Source: a virus. Taken from it: DNA of 64,000 bases. Below, one piece after another: positions 36,315-47,467 of this stretch. The position numbers and the translations under genes were made by a program. Each line of letters begins with the position of its first letter. The first letter of the stretch is position 1. The notes below the pieces were generated by a model. That model made no database searches, had not been told where the DNA came from, and worked only from the letters and a program-made list of their open reading frames with translations. Location: the IMG/VR virus record IMGVR_UViG_3300020274_000001, positions 64,001-128,000 of that record. One strand, written 5' to 3'.

Positions 36315-36346
36315 AGGTTTATATCCACTCGTAAGTTGCACTGTGT

Positions 36347-36583
36347 ATGAAGCACACACGTCACGCATACAACTGTGAAATATGCAATGGACCGATATCC
36401 GCCAACAATGTCAAGAAAAGAAAATTACCTTGGATGATATGTTTCAAGTGTATGGCTAACATTCCCGATGAATACAGGTGCGGTGCCCCGAAGGTCAATG
36501 GAGAGCCGTGTCGCCAGATTGGGTCATTCGACGGAAGATGTAAACGTCACAGAGAGTCCCAAGAAACATCTTCTAAATCGTAA
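36347..36583 (+). CDS. small zinc-binding protein
   Basis: CEIC..CFKC; CGA..GEPC..GRCKRH. Confidence 0.65.
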   Translation: MKHTRHAYNCEICNGPISANNVKKRKLPWMICFKCMANIPDEYRCGAPKVNGEPCRQIGSFDGRCKRHRESQETSSKS

Positions 36584-37101
36584 AGTAAATCTTCATCGAC
36601 AATTTCGATGTCGTCTATTAGTTTACGCACAGCGTCCATTTCAGCACCATGTTTGAATCGTTTCATGAACACAGACCGAGAAGCCTCTTCCCTATCGACC
36701 TGCAACACCTTTGGAATCAACTTTCTGTTCCAAGGGTTGGCACCCTGCAAATAAATCCGGAGTAATCGAACGGCCATATGTATTATCGCAGAGTCCGAAG
36801 TAGTGTCAACGCTCTTCTTGTCATCCTCATGATATTGAGAAGTGCTGACGATTCTTTCAAAGAGAATCTGGGCTACTTCGTCTGGTATATATTTCCAAGT
36901 GTCTAATTCAGATAAATATCGAATCTGGGCTAAGTCATCGATGACCTCCCCACGAAGAGAAACCCCGAGCCTTCGAGAATCCTTCGGAATCGGTTTGATT
37001 TGACCAGTGAATATGGCTCGCAATTTATCCTCTCTTGTCCTCATTTCCCGAATTGCTCGCAGATTTAAGTCCAAATTTTTTCGTGGTCTACCTCGTGGCA
37101 T
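36547..37101 (-). CDS. probable DNA-binding regulator
   Basis: AT-hook-like PRGRPRK at the N-terminus. Confidence 0.6.
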   Translation of the reverse strand: MPRGRPRKNLDLNLRAIREMRTREDKLRAIFTGQIKPIPKDSRRLGVSLRGEVIDDLAQIRYLSELDTWKYIPDEVAQILFERIVSTSQYHEDDKKSVDTTSDSAIIHMAVRLLRIYLQGANPWNRKLIPKVLQVDREEASRSVFMKRFKHGAEMDAVRKLIDDIEIVDEDLLYDLEDVSWDSL

Positions 37102-37227
37102 TGTTTCGTTTCCCCAGCACAGACGACATCAATAATACAAATCAATGTTTTGCAATCACACTAATCGTAGTTGTCCAATTAAACATTAAAATAAATTTCT
37201 CAATTTCAATCGGTTCGCTTATGGCTG

Positions 37228-37599
37228 ATGCGAAGCCTACGGGTATTCATGCAAGTGACGCCGACAAGCGTGGTCGTTCTCGACCCGAGCAATGAAGCAA
37301 AGAAGATTGAAAACCCTACTGTCTTGATGGCAGACTTTGGATTATGGGTAAAGACCGAGAAGTCACTATCCCTGTATACTTGGGAAAGAGTGGCGCACAT
37401 TGAATTTGGAGATGAAGCGTCTGTTCAGAAAGTTTGGGAAGAAGCGATTCTTACCGTGTTTGAAGATTTACTCGACGACATGGAAGAAGACATGGAATTC
37501 GATGAAGAGGAAGCAACTACCGAGCCGGAGACCCCAACCGAAGAATCAAAGGAAGGGCCTACTAATGCAGATGACCCGAACGCTAACCCATACAATTGA
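37228..37599 (+). CDS. hypothetical protein
   Basis: Beta-rich N-terminus, acidic tail. Confidence 0.7.
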   Translation: MRSLRVFMQVTPTSVVVLDPSNEAKKIENPTVLMADFGLWVKTEKSLSLYTWERVAHIEFGDEASVQKVWEEAILTVFEDLLDDMEEDMEFDEEEATTEPETPTEESKEGPTNADDPNANPYN

Positions 37600-37609
37600 G
37601 GCGATTTGA

Positions 37610-38098
37610 TTGGTAGAAGAAAAGGAGTTTTTCGAGAGCGGGGGTCGACCCGAAAGTGTCGACGTCGTTAACGACCAAAACGACCTGTCTGTCAAGTTGA
37701 AGAATGTGAGAGATGATATGATGGCTACACTTGCTTTGATTATCCACGACCCTCAAAAGCACGGGCATGAGATTGACGGGCTACGTAGGGACATCATTCG
37801 ATTGGCCACTGCCATGCTGGAGCATGGTGTGAGACTCGAAGTTCCTAAGAAAGAAAGAACAGCCGAGGATGTAATCAAGGAAGCCGCAGGTGAACTTGGT
37901 TCAATGTTTGGGGCAAAGGGTGTAGCCGCAGGGTTATCCTTTGTTAACAAAGTTCGGACAAATATCACGACCAACCGAGAAGAGTTGGTAATTTACGAAG
38001 ATGAAGCAGGCGGGCTGTATTACATCGACGAAGATGGCAATGAGATTGATTGCGACGAAGAAGGCAACCCGTTAGATGGAGATGAAGACGATGATTGA
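37610..38098 (+). CDS. hypothetical protein
   Basis: 162 aa ORF. Confidence 0.7.
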   Translation: MVEEKEFFESGGRPESVDVVNDQNDLSVKLKNVRDDMMATLALIIHDPQKHGHEIDGLRRDIIRLATAMLEHGVRLEVPKKERTAEDVIKEAAGELGSMFGAKGVAAGLSFVNKVRTNITTNREELVIYEDEAGGLYYIDEDGNEIDCDEEGNPLDGDEDDD

Positions 38099-39578
38099 AG
38101 ATGAAGAATTTGACATGACTGGTGGAACAAATGAAGACGACCCACAATGGTCATCACTAACGACAGACGATAAGAAAGAACTCATGATGAGTGTTTTCGA
38201 CGACGAAGAATGGTATGCAGGAACTCCGGCTCATGTTGGCGGAGACGCTTTACCAGAATTCGGAGAAATCGCCGCAAGACTTTCTGCTCCGCAGAATGAT
38301 ATCAAGAAATACTATGCGGCATGGTTGAAGACTCAAAACCTGAACCCGCAGGAAATCATGACTCGTGGGAAAACCATGGCCGAAGCACCAGCCCCAAAAA
38401 ATGTCGCACAACCTAACACTATGCCTACTCCGGCGATGCCAATGCCAAGCAGTAGCACCGCAGGTGTAGCAAGTTCAATGAAAGGGGCATTGATGAATGA
38501 CATGATGGGTAACATGTTTGGTGGCCAACAGCAGTCTGGTAGTGGTGGCGACATGAAATACATGATGGGCATGATGATGATGTCAAGTATGTTAGAATCG
38601 GAAAGACGGCAACACGAAGCACAGATGCAACTACAACGAGAACAATTTGCGGCGGCACAGAACAATTCTATTCGACAAGAACAACAACAACGTCAAGACG
38701 GAATGATGACCATGCAGATGAATTTCATGAACAACATGATGAAGCAAGGTATGAAGCAGAACGAAGATGAGTTTGCTACAATTCTCAAAGCCGCCGCTAT
38801 GGATAAAGTTGCAGACAACTTATTCGGCGGAAGCGAATCGACGGCTGAAAGAATTCTATCAAAGGTGCTCGACCCCGATGCTCTCGGAGCAGTAGTGGCA
38901 GGAGCACGTGGTGCAATGGCCAACCGTCAGACCGCCATACCAGCAGGATACGATGTGCCGTCATACAATCCGTATGCTCAACCACTACCACCACAAGAAT
39001 CAGCACCAGAACCAGTGTATGAGCAAGAATTGCCACCTGCCCACGCCGACGATAGAGGATTCTTTGAAGGACCAGAGCAAGAAGGACCTTCACAGATGGA
39101 CGTTCAAGTGACAGATGAAGAATTCCGAAACACTCTACTTGGCGCATTCAAGCAGAACATGGGCGCACAGTTAGAAGATGAAAAGACACGCAAGGCATTA
39201 CTGGAACAGATTGACATATCAATCGATGTTGTCAAACTAAAACACTCTGAATTGACACCACAGAATCAACTTGAGCGTATGTCACAAGAGTTGATTCTTG
39301 TCCGCTCATTGAGGGATATTGGTATGGGTCTCCGACAGGCTAAACAATACCTCGACAATGGTGTTAGTGAACCAACTGTTATCAGTGGAATCAAAGATGA
39401 AATCAATCAACAACCTGTATTTGCACAGATATTCACCGAGAATACCTATGAGCAACTCATGGGCTTAATTGAGCCATACAAGGAAACGGGAGGCGTGATT
39501 CACGATTACAACTTCCTGTTACAACCAGACATAGCGAGTCTATGTCGGGGCGTTCTTGTCTCGTTCAAACAGGGGTGA
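38076..39578 (+). CDS. Met/Gln/Pro-rich hypothetical protein
   Basis: 500 aa ORF. Confidence 0.8.
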   Translation: MEMKTMIEDEEFDMTGGTNEDDPQWSSLTTDDKKELMMSVFDDEEWYAGTPAHVGGDALPEFGEIAARLSAPQNDIKKYYAAWLKTQNLNPQEIMTRGKTMAEAPAPKNVAQPNTMPTPAMPMPSSSTAGVASSMKGALMNDMMGNMFGGQQQSGSGGDMKYMMGMMMMSSMLESERRQHEAQMQLQREQFAAAQNNSIRQEQQQRQDGMMTMQMNFMNNMMKQGMKQNEDEFATILKAAAMDKVADNLFGGSESTAERILSKVLDPDALGAVVAGARGAMANRQTAIPAGYDVPSYNPYAQPLPPQESAPEPVYEQELPPAHADDRGFFEGPEQEGPSQMDVQVTDEEFRNTLLGAFKQNMGAQLEDEKTRKALLEQIDISIDVVKLKHSELTPQNQLERMSQELILVRSLRDIGMGLRQAKQYLDNGVSEPTVISGIKDEINQQPVFAQIFTENTYEQLMGLIEPYKETGGVIHDYNFLLQPDIASLCRGVLVSFKQG

Positions 39579-39582
39579 TTAA

Positions 39583-40356
39583 ATGTCAGAAGACACATCC
39601 GAATCCGCATTAGAAGACTTAATCGAAGATGTAATGAATCAACCGGAGGATGACAAACTCTTACCTACATGGGGATACATTATCCTATTCTTTTTACCTG
39701 CCACTTTGACATTTTTCATTGCCCGGACACAACTTGGTTGGGACCCGTTATTTGCAGGTATTACATCCCTTGCCATTATGAATGGTTCAATCAACATCGT
39801 CATAGCATGGATGACAATTAGACTCGATGGTCATTCTAACGAAGCATTGGAACATCTTGAAACAATTATGGATGAGATGGATAAATTAGAGGACACTCTC
39901 GAGGAAGCGAGCACCATGGTCACTAATTTTACAGGAGACTTAGGGGAAGCACAGGAATTATTTCGAAGAGTTGGTGTTAACCTAACGGACCTCGACCTCG
40001 AATCAATCGCAGATGTCGTAGGGTCTCTCAAGGAAAACAAGACAGACTTGAATGACATACTCGGCAACCTTAGAGATGTTGATGTGCAATTCTACATTCG
40101 AGAAATTAAATCAATAGATTGGCAAGCATTATTGTTAGGAATCAATGATGTAATGGCCTTCATCAAGACCAAGAACACTCAACCAACTCGGGCACCCGTA
40201 TCACAGGTAATCAATTCAATACCTTCATTCGATGATGAGATTCCTATCGATGACGAACTCGACGACTTCGAAGATTTCGATGACGAATTCGAATTGATGC
40301 CTAAGCCAAAACTTTCGCTAAAGCGAGGTAAAGGACTATCACTCAAGCGTCGGTAA
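39583..40356 (+). CDS. membrane protein (2 TM + coiled coil)
   Basis: GGGGTGA RBS; two hydrophobic helices. Confidence 0.75.
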   Translation: MSEDTSESALEDLIEDVMNQPEDDKLLPTWGYIILFFLPATLTFFIARTQLGWDPLFAGITSLAIMNGSINIVIAWMTIRLDGHSNEALEHLETIMDEMDKLEDTLEEASTMVTNFTGDLGEAQELFRRVGVNLTDLDLESIADVVGSLKENKTDLNDILGNLRDVDVQFYIREIKSIDWQALLLGINDVMAFIKTKNTQPTRAPVSQVINSIPSFDDEIPIDDELDDFEDFDDEFELMPKPKLSLKRGKGLSLKRR

Positions 40357-40789
40357 GTTCGCCCAGTTGTGAAAATTCAGCCACAACAAATGGTGCTTCG
40401 CCTTGCTCACAGATGATTTTGTCAGCAACAATTCTAACAATTTGAGTGTCGTTCATGAATACAACAGATTCACACGCATCGAATATCGCTTTCGATAGAT
40501 TATCTATGTCTGGACGCTTAGTGTGCCATTGTCGTGGCTTTGGTGTTCTTTTTCTGTGATGACTCTTAGGTAATTCAAATCCAAAGCGCATACGTGCAAG
40601 TATGGGACCATCGAATGGTTTCTCGTGTCCGGCATCATACATTGCCTTCTCCGCAACGTCCTTGATGAATGCTTTCCAATCTCTGGACTTCTTAGGGTCA
40701 AACGCACGTGCCTGTCCGTGGATTGTTGTTAGTCGTGGGCGACCTTGAGCAATAGGTTCGGCCTTTATTCGGAATTTAACGGCTTCCAT
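40343..40789 (-). CDS. rusA: RusA-family Holliday junction resolvase
   Basis: PIAQGRPR, KRPDIDNLSKAIFDA, NDTQIV. Confidence 0.9.
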   Translation of the reverse strand: MEAVKFRIKAEPIAQGRPRLTTIHGQARAFDPKKSRDWKAFIKDVAEKAMYDAGHEKPFDGPILARMRFGFELPKSHHRKRTPKPRQWHTKRPDIDNLSKAIFDACESVVFMNDTQIVRIVADKIICEQGEAPFVVAEFSQLGELTDA

Positions 40790-40861
40790 GTTACCGCCAT
40801 GTTCCGAGCGGATATCAATGTAAGGGCAATACCTATGAGCATACACATCATGGGACTGTTC

Positions 40862-41545
40862 ATGGCGGAGAAAATTCTACGGGTAAAATTTGGCCCCGGA
40901 ACCTCCCCAGAAGGCAGATTCAAACACGTCGTAAAACTGCTGGTTCAACTCATAGAAGATGGACTGCGAGACGAATATGTTCGAAGGAAGGCAGTAGAAG
41001 TTGTCAATCGAGCAGGAGTTAGAGGTCATGACGAATTGGGAGAAATACGAGCAGTTACGAAGTGGGTTCAACAAAATGTAGTTTATCGCAAAGACCCCAT
41101 AAACGTAGAATATTTTCACAGCGCAAGAAGGCTCATCAAAGATGTAGAAGATGGACGGTCTGCCGCAGATTGTGATGATTTCGTTATCGTCTGGGGAGCG
41201 ATGTTAGGAGCACTCGGATATGAAGTGGCCGCAGTCATCGTCGATAGTAATGGAGACGGTATGCTAAACCACGTGATGGGAGCCGTCAAGACATTTGCAC
41301 CTACACAACAATTCGGTAACAATTGGATTCCAGTAGAATTGATTTTAGGCACAGACTTCGACCTTGGTAAATCGGTAAAGGTATCACAAGTATATCCACT
41401 AACTGCCAATGGAGATACATCGAGAACCCCACTATTCATGCAAAAATTCGCAGGTATTGCCGGACTTGGTGGCCATGGCGGTAACCAATCGCAATATCAA
41501 CATCCCGTGGCAAGAATGCTCGGGGCAATTAGGAGGAGAAAGTAA
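40862..41545 (+). CDS. transglutaminase-like cysteine protease fold protein
   Basis: WVQQNVVYRKDP, ADCDD (catalytic Cys), NHV, WIPVE. Confidence 0.75.
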   Translation: MAEKILRVKFGPGTSPEGRFKHVVKLLVQLIEDGLRDEYVRRKAVEVVNRAGVRGHDELGEIRAVTKWVQQNVVYRKDPINVEYFHSARRLIKDVEDGRSAADCDDFVIVWGAMLGALGYEVAAVIVDSNGDGMLNHVMGAVKTFAPTQQFGNNWIPVELILGTDFDLGKSVKVSQVYPLTANGDTSRTPLFMQKFAGIAGLGGHGGNQSQYQHPVARMLGAIRRRK

Positions 41546-41889
41546 TGTCTTGGTTTGGTGAAGATAAGGCGAAAGACGAAATGACAAATGGATACATTCC
41601 TAATCTGGAGCCTTCTGCTCCACGAAACCTCGGTAACAGTAACATGGTAAACATACCAGCAGACAACAGTGCAATGGACTTGATGAATAGTCCACAAACC
41701 AAGGAAGCATTCGGACTTGGTTCTGCACCAATCCCTCCTCCTCGACGTGGCCTCGGTAAAGCCGTTCCTAAGTTCAACCGCACGGTTGGAGATATAGAAT
41801 GGAAGACTGGAGAGACGTGGGGAGTATTGATAGGGGGCGTCGCCCTCGGCATGATTACGCTGACGGTTTGGAACCGTTTTACAAAATGA
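41545..41889 (+). CDS. small protein with C-terminal TM helix (putative virion)
   Basis: WGVLIGGVALGMITLTVW. Confidence 0.7.
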   Translation: MSWFGEDKAKDEMTNGYIPNLEPSAPRNLGNSNMVNIPADNSAMDLMNSPQTKEAFGLGSAPIPPPRRGLGKAVPKFNRTVGDIEWKTGETWGVLIGGVALGMITLTVWNRFTK

Positions 41890-41921
41890 TGATAGACAAT
41901 AACAACCAATGGTGATAGAAA

Positions 41922-42308
41922 ATGGCACAAATGAGCGCAAAAGAAGCAAGACGAAGAGGCATGACGACAAAAACATCGTATCCACGTTCACCCGATGTGA
42001 ACGCAAATATGTTTGTAAGCAGAGACGTAAACCCAAGAGAAGTATCGAGATACGACGGAACACCAATCATGTTCGGCGGTCTTGGTAACGTCAATTGGTT
42101 TGGTAATGAACCAGAGTCAAAGGTGACCGGTGGACAGAACATGTATGTCAACGGCCTGTATGGCGTTGGTGTTACTGAAGAGGATGAAATGGCATACCTC
42201 GGTAGCGTCGAACACGTCAAAGACCCAGACTTCTACCTTGGTGGTGGATTGGGACTTGCACTTGGAGCATTAGCACTCTTCGCATTGAAGTATCAAGGCA
42301 AGATTTGA
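41922..42308 (+). CDS. small protein with C-terminal TM helix (putative virion)
   Basis: GGTGA RBS; LGGGLGLALGALALFAL. Confidence 0.7.
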   Translation: MAQMSAKEARRRGMTTKTSYPRSPDVNANMFVSRDVNPREVSRYDGTPIMFGGLGNVNWFGNEPESKVTGGQNMYVNGLYGVGVTEEDEMAYLGSVEHVKDPDFYLGGGLGLALGALALFALKYQGKI

Positions 42309-42998
42309 TTGGCGGGTGATTGCTTGCCCAAAATCCTTTCTGACTCGGAATACAAGCGTCTCAAGAGAGACTCTTCCAATTACAAAGATTTGAAATCAGA
42401 TTACTATGCGCTCAAAAAGTCATCGATTTCATTGAAGTCCTATTCTCTTGTCAAGAAAGCATTGATGGACGCAAAAGACAGTAACGACGCATTGACTAAG
42501 CAAATAGACAGTGTTTCAAATTCATACTCTGGATTGAAAGGTAAATACTCCTCGGTGTTGATTGCGTTAAAAAATAAGCATAACTCACTAAAAGACACCC
42601 TTGAACAATTACAATCAATGGAAACCAAATACAAGGCAACCTCAAACAAATATCACGAAATGGTTGCAAATAACGCAACATCATTGGCGACAATGTCTAA
42701 AATGAAGATAAAGCACAATCAAGCCGCTAAACAACTCCAAGCGGCACTTGAGACTGCTTTACAAGAAGCAGAGATAGCCAAAAAAGAAGCACAGGCATTG
42801 ACAGTAAAAATAGCAGAAATCGAAAAGAACGAGAGAGAGGCCCGAGAATCATCGTTGACTCAAGCCATTGTCAACACTCGAGACTTTATGTTCGATAACA
42901 CTATTGCCGGTGTAAATGTTTCAGAAAACCAATCACGTGGGCTTGCGATAATTGCAGGGGCCGCAGTAGCCGCATACATGATGACGAGGGTGAGTTAA
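42309..42998 (+). CDS. coiled-coil protein with C-terminal TM helix
   Basis: Heptad pattern; LAIIAGAAVAAYMM. Confidence 0.7.
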   Translation: MAGDCLPKILSDSEYKRLKRDSSNYKDLKSDYYALKKSSISLKSYSLVKKALMDAKDSNDALTKQIDSVSNSYSGLKGKYSSVLIALKNKHNSLKDTLEQLQSMETKYKATSNKYHEMVANNATSLATMSKMKIKHNQAAKQLQAALETALQEAEIAKKEAQALTVKIAEIEKNEREARESSLTQAIVNTRDFMFDNTIAGVNVSENQSRGLAIIAGAAVAAYMMTRVS

Positions 42999-44519
42999 AT
43001 GGCAGTAGGAGCAACAAAAATTACACCGACCCAACTGGTGCCGGGAGACAAAGAACGAATTGAACGCACTATGCGTATACTTGAGCAAGATGTGGCCCGT
43101 CTGGAAAAGTCGCTTGCAGAACGTCGGTCAAAGGAAGGACAAGAAGCAACCAGAAACACAATCTTGTCGAAGCGTGCCCGAATCCACCGGTTGAATTCTT
43201 ACTTACAGCGAGCAACGCCGTCACGAGTTATTGCTCGGACCAAGCCGATTCCATCCGCACATACCCCTACAAATGTTCCACCAAAAGGCTCTGCACTATT
43301 GAAAGACCGAATGGAGGAAGCCCGCGAGCAGTTAAAAAGAGAAACTGCGAAACCTTCTGTTCAACAAATAGCAGTCGAAACTAAAGTTGACTTGAAACCA
43401 CTTCCTAAAGTAGTCGACGAGAAATCATTACAGAAGTTCAATGAAACGTTGGAGGACAACAAGAAGGCAGTTCACGAAATGAAGATGAGAGTCGACTCTT
43501 TAGAGCGTCAGAAGAAACTTGACCTCAAGAAGAAAATAGTTGAAGTTCCAAAAGGTCCTCCATTGTCGCCGCTTGAAATGAAGCAGGAGAAAGACATTCC
43601 AAAACAAATCAATCATCTACAAACTCGATACCGTTCTGTGTCAAGAACAATTAGTCACGTTAACCGGTCTTCTCGGATTCGTTCACTACTATTTCAATTC
43701 CGCAGAACAAGAGACCGACGATTGCTTACGCAATTCCCACGAGACTTTTCATTAAACGTAGCCCTTCAATTGACGCCAGTTCCCGGTAGATTCCACACAC
43801 GTATTGTAAATGGCCGCCGAGTAAGAATTGGCATTATGACGCATCCAGACATGAAGAACATACCACAGAAGGTCAAGTCTCTCAACAATCAATTGGTGTT
43901 CTTACGAAAGAAGAAGGAAGCACATCATCACCACTCTGCATTACACACTCACACATCTGTCGCGGGTTTAGAAAATTGGCAGAAATCAGAAATGGTCAAA
44001 CCTAAGCGAGAGCCAACATCACTTACAATGCAAAGCATACCGAATGAGGTTTTGACTCTTGTTCAGCAGATGGAAGGTGAATTAGAGGGATTGAAGTCCA
44101 TACCCGGTGTTCCAGAGATAATAGAAGATGTAAAGCGAATGATTATCAGTAACCGATATACTTCATTCGAGCAATTCATTCAAAACCCTCAAGCAAAGGT
44201 GCTCGAAGAAAGATTGATGAGAGCGGCCAAATCGCAGGGCATTAACTTAGGAGGAGTAAACCTCGGAGGCCACGCTCACCGACCATATGCAATGCCACGA
44301 AACCTCGGAATAGTAACCGTCTTGAAGCAACGCCAACTTCAAAAGAACAATCGGCCAGAAATTGAATCCACTAACATGGCAGGTCTACGAAGATACACCG
44401 CCGCTCAATACGCACGGGAATCAAGAGTAAAGGCAGAGCAAGAGCAAGAGAAAGAAGTTGCTAACCTCGCAGGAGCCTTTTCACAAACCCGAGCAGTAAT
44501 GGAGCGTATGGTGAGGTAG
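42999..44519 (+). CDS. basic hypothetical protein
   Basis: 506 aa ORF. Confidence 0.8.
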   Translation: MAVGATKITPTQLVPGDKERIERTMRILEQDVARLEKSLAERRSKEGQEATRNTILSKRARIHRLNSYLQRATPSRVIARTKPIPSAHTPTNVPPKGSALLKDRMEEAREQLKRETAKPSVQQIAVETKVDLKPLPKVVDEKSLQKFNETLEDNKKAVHEMKMRVDSLERQKKLDLKKKIVEVPKGPPLSPLEMKQEKDIPKQINHLQTRYRSVSRTISHVNRSSRIRSLLFQFRRTRDRRLLTQFPRDFSLNVALQLTPVPGRFHTRIVNGRRVRIGIMTHPDMKNIPQKVKSLNNQLVFLRKKKEAHHHHSALHTHTSVAGLENWQKSEMVKPKREPTSLTMQSIPNEVLTLVQQMEGELEGLKSIPGVPEIIEDVKRMIISNRYTSFEQFIQNPQAKVLEERLMRAAKSQGINLGGVNLGGHAHRPYAMPRNLGIVTVLKQRQLQKNNRPEIESTNMAGLRRYTAAQYARESRVKAEQEQEKEVANLAGAFSQTRAVMERMVR

Positions 44520-44521
44520 AC

Positions 44522-47467
44522 ATGAAGCCGTTCCTTCAAGCACAGAAAGCGCGTCGACATACACGCTTTGGTTCACTTGGGGCACAGGCTACGCCATCTC
44601 TCGCAACCGCACCTATCCTTCGAAACTTACGAATGAACGTCAAGGGTCAACGAAGGCAGTATCCTATTTATGAAAACGGCCAATGGGTAACTAAGCCACT
44701 AAATCTCAAGAAAGGTTCTGTCATAGAATTCCATTACGACATGGAAGGCGACGAACGAGTTAACGGGTTTTTGTATGCAACCTTTGCAGAAAAGGGCTTA
44801 CTCACTAATGAAAAAGGACAAGAATTACCGGGCCGCCCTGTTGGATATGTTCGAGAATTTTTATTCGTTCGTCCTATTTCTCCAGCCAATGGCAGGGCTA
44901 CAAGGTCAAGGTTTACCATAGAGATACCAACTAAAATCAAAGGATTAGTCTTCTATGTAAGTAAACATTTACCACTCGGTGTAGAAAGCAATTATTTGAG
45001 GAAATCAGACATCAAGATGGTAACCACTCCCGGTATTCAAATGCAAGAACCCGACAATGTATTCCGTTCACCGACACTCGGTTTCACTCCCAAAGACCCG
45101 CCACACAATGGCAAAACTAAGACAGTTGGTAGACAATCAGAGCATTACAAATTATGGAACGGAGATATTGATGACCACGGGTGGAGCAAGGTCGGATATT
45201 CTGGCGACCAAGCGAAACTTATTGACGGAACCACTTTCGATGGTCCACGCTATCTTAGGCCGGGAGACCCTCACAAGACAGTGAGAACATCTCTGTATAT
45301 TTGGAGAGATGGCAACTATCCAGAGTATGGTGGAAAAGATTTGAAAGGTTGGGACGCAATACGACTTAACGCACCAATACCAGCAGGGATACCAATCGCT
45401 ATGGTTTCGAAGTGGTGGTGGCATGACCAAGATGACGGAAAGTTCGAATATGGAGAATGGTGGAAACGTAAAACAGATGTGCCTCGGACACAAATCTGGA
45501 TGGGAGAGATTCCTAATGGAGCGATAGGAACGCACCCATATGGTCCCAAGAAGGGATACAAAACACACAGCGGTGGATTTTCTGAAACAGACATAGACTT
45601 GCGAATTTATCGTGGAGAATATGGTTTGAACAAATACAAACTCGACCCATCAAGATACGTTGGCGAAAGGCAATCATCCGGTGATTACGCCCCACTACAA
45701 GACAGAATAGACAACGTCGCCGGAACAATAAAGCCAAACGACATCAGATACTTTGCATTCAAAGTAGAGTGGTGGGACCAGAAAGAAAAGAAATGGACTA
45801 AGCCACAAATTCACCCCCCACATGACATGGACCTCAAAAACGCTAAAGGGATGCTAATATTCCGCTTCCCTCGTCAAGTAGCATTAGAAGACCCCGATAT
45901 CAAGAAAACACCATTCTGGTCAATAAAGGAAACATTCGATTGTTACCCAAGAGTTTTCAGCGGTCCCGGAGATTTAGAAATTGTTAAGCGGGGAGTCATT
46001 GGTAGGCTCAAAGTATTGGACGAAAAAACAGGCGAAATGAAAAACCCCGAAGTGTGGTATGACGGACATAGGCTAAGTGCAACCGATAATATTCCTTTCA
46101 ATATCCAATTCGGATACGGTGGCGACGGACAAGTAATGTCAGACAGTTCCACACGGTTTGCAGTTGCAGACCCTAAAATGTGGGCTTACACTAACAACCC
46201 AGCGTTCAACAACGTCTATTGGAAAGAAGGAGAGTTCTCTCCCGGTTCAAGAATGATTATCATCGGACAGGGACTCAACCGTTTCCCAGAGATAGGTCTG
46301 ACAAAAATCAAAGACCATTCAACAGATAAAATCCGAGAGTTGGTGAAAAACATTGACCGCTCTGGCGACACCGCTGGCTCCATGGACGCAGATATTCTGA
46401 AAATAGAGCACGTGATAACAACAGACTACCTCACAGATAGTGCTGTTTCGGGAGCAGAAGGAGAGATACAAAAGGTATGGAAAAATGTGTTCGGCACCGA
46501 ATTATCTGAAGCATGGTTCGACATTGTTGGAACAGGAGGAACTATGCCAGACGGCACAACAATTACCCCGTTGAAGAATCAGTCTCCTACCAGAAGCACT
46601 CACTATGCTTTACAGTATGAGGGACAAGTATTCGAATTCCCATACAGTATTGCAATAGTCAAGATACCTAAAACATGGGTGGGTCCCGTCTTGGACTTCG
46701 AAATAGCCGGAGACACTCCTTTCCTAACTGCTAACTCTCTAAAGAAAGGAGAAAATACCTACATTGTTTCCGAGACAGCATTCAAGCAGATTGTTGAACA
46801 ACAATTGAATCTTGATGAAGAAATTCAATATCAACTTGATATGCTCGCTAAAGGACTCACACCAGAAGCAGTGTTTGTTGGTAATGACACAGACTATGAT
46901 GCAATCATTAACACAGCGGCGGTAGTAGACCAAGACCGTAAGGATAATCTTGACAGCGGAGAAGAAGGAGGTAGTGGCGGCGGATTTTTATCCGGTTTGT
47001 TTGAATGGATGGGTAATTTATTCAAGCCTAAAGAATCCAACAATTGGGTAGCGGCTAATACATTGGTTCCAACTGGAAAGACTCGTCTTGCAGGATTTGG
47101 TAGCGGACCTATCATAGAAGATGTTACCAACAAGTATAGTGCAGACCATGTATCATCTCTCGGTAGTGCAGGCCAACGACACCTACCCATACCAGTAGAA
47201 ACCAATTTCAACAACTTTGACGAAATCGAGGAGGTGTATCTCATGAATGGACAACCTACTTCGCCAAACCTTGGATGGTTTTCGGGGACAACGCCAGTTA
47301 GACAAACTACTGTCAGACCGGCTCCAGTCACCCGTAAACAGTTCGGAAGTATTGATTCTCAATCAATGCATGCCCGTGCAACCAATCGAGGTAACCAATT
47401 GGACGTGACACTGATTAACGGAGTGACACGTCCTTTTCGGGGCGGGGACCGTCGCCGAATGGGTTGA
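44522..47467 (+). CDS. large hypothetical protein (putative virion)
   Basis: 981 aa, beta/aromatic-rich. Confidence 0.8.
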   Translation: MKPFLQAQKARRHTRFGSLGAQATPSLATAPILRNLRMNVKGQRRQYPIYENGQWVTKPLNLKKGSVIEFHYDMEGDERVNGFLYATFAEKGLLTNEKGQELPGRPVGYVREFLFVRPISPANGRATRSRFTIEIPTKIKGLVFYVSKHLPLGVESNYLRKSDIKMVTTPGIQMQEPDNVFRSPTLGFTPKDPPHNGKTKTVGRQSEHYKLWNGDIDDHGWSKVGYSGDQAKLIDGTTFDGPRYLRPGDPHKTVRTSLYIWRDGNYPEYGGKDLKGWDAIRLNAPIPAGIPIAMVSKWWWHDQDDGKFEYGEWWKRKTDVPRTQIWMGEIPNGAIGTHPYGPKKGYKTHSGGFSETDIDLRIYRGEYGLNKYKLDPSRYVGERQSSGDYAPLQDRIDNVAGTIKPNDIRYFAFKVEWWDQKEKKWTKPQIHPPHDMDLKNAKGMLIFRFPRQVALEDPDIKKTPFWSIKETFDCYPRVFSGPGDLEIVKRGVIGRLKVLDEKTGEMKNPEVWYDGHRLSATDNIPFNIQFGYGGDGQVMSDSSTRFAVADPKMWAYTNNPAFNNVYWKEGEFSPGSRMIIIGQGLNRFPEIGLTKIKDHSTDKIRELVKNIDRSGDTAGSMDADILKIEHVITTDYLTDSAVSGAEGEIQKVWKNVFGTELSEAWFDIVGTGGTMPDGTTITPLKNQSPTRSTHYALQYEGQVFEFPYSIAIVKIPKTWVGPVLDFEIAGDTPFLTANSLKKGENTYIVSETAFKQIVEQQLNLDEEIQYQLDMLAKGLTPEAVFVGNDTDYDAIINTAAVVDQDRKDNLDSGEEGGSGGGFLSGLFEWMGNLFKPKESNNWVAANTLVPTGKTRLAGFGSGPIIEDVTNKYSADHVSSLGSAGQRHLPIPVETNFNNFDEIEEVYLMNGQPTSPNLGWFSGTTPVRQTTVRPAPVTRKQFGSIDSQSMHARATNRGNQLDVTLINGVTRPFRGGDRRRMG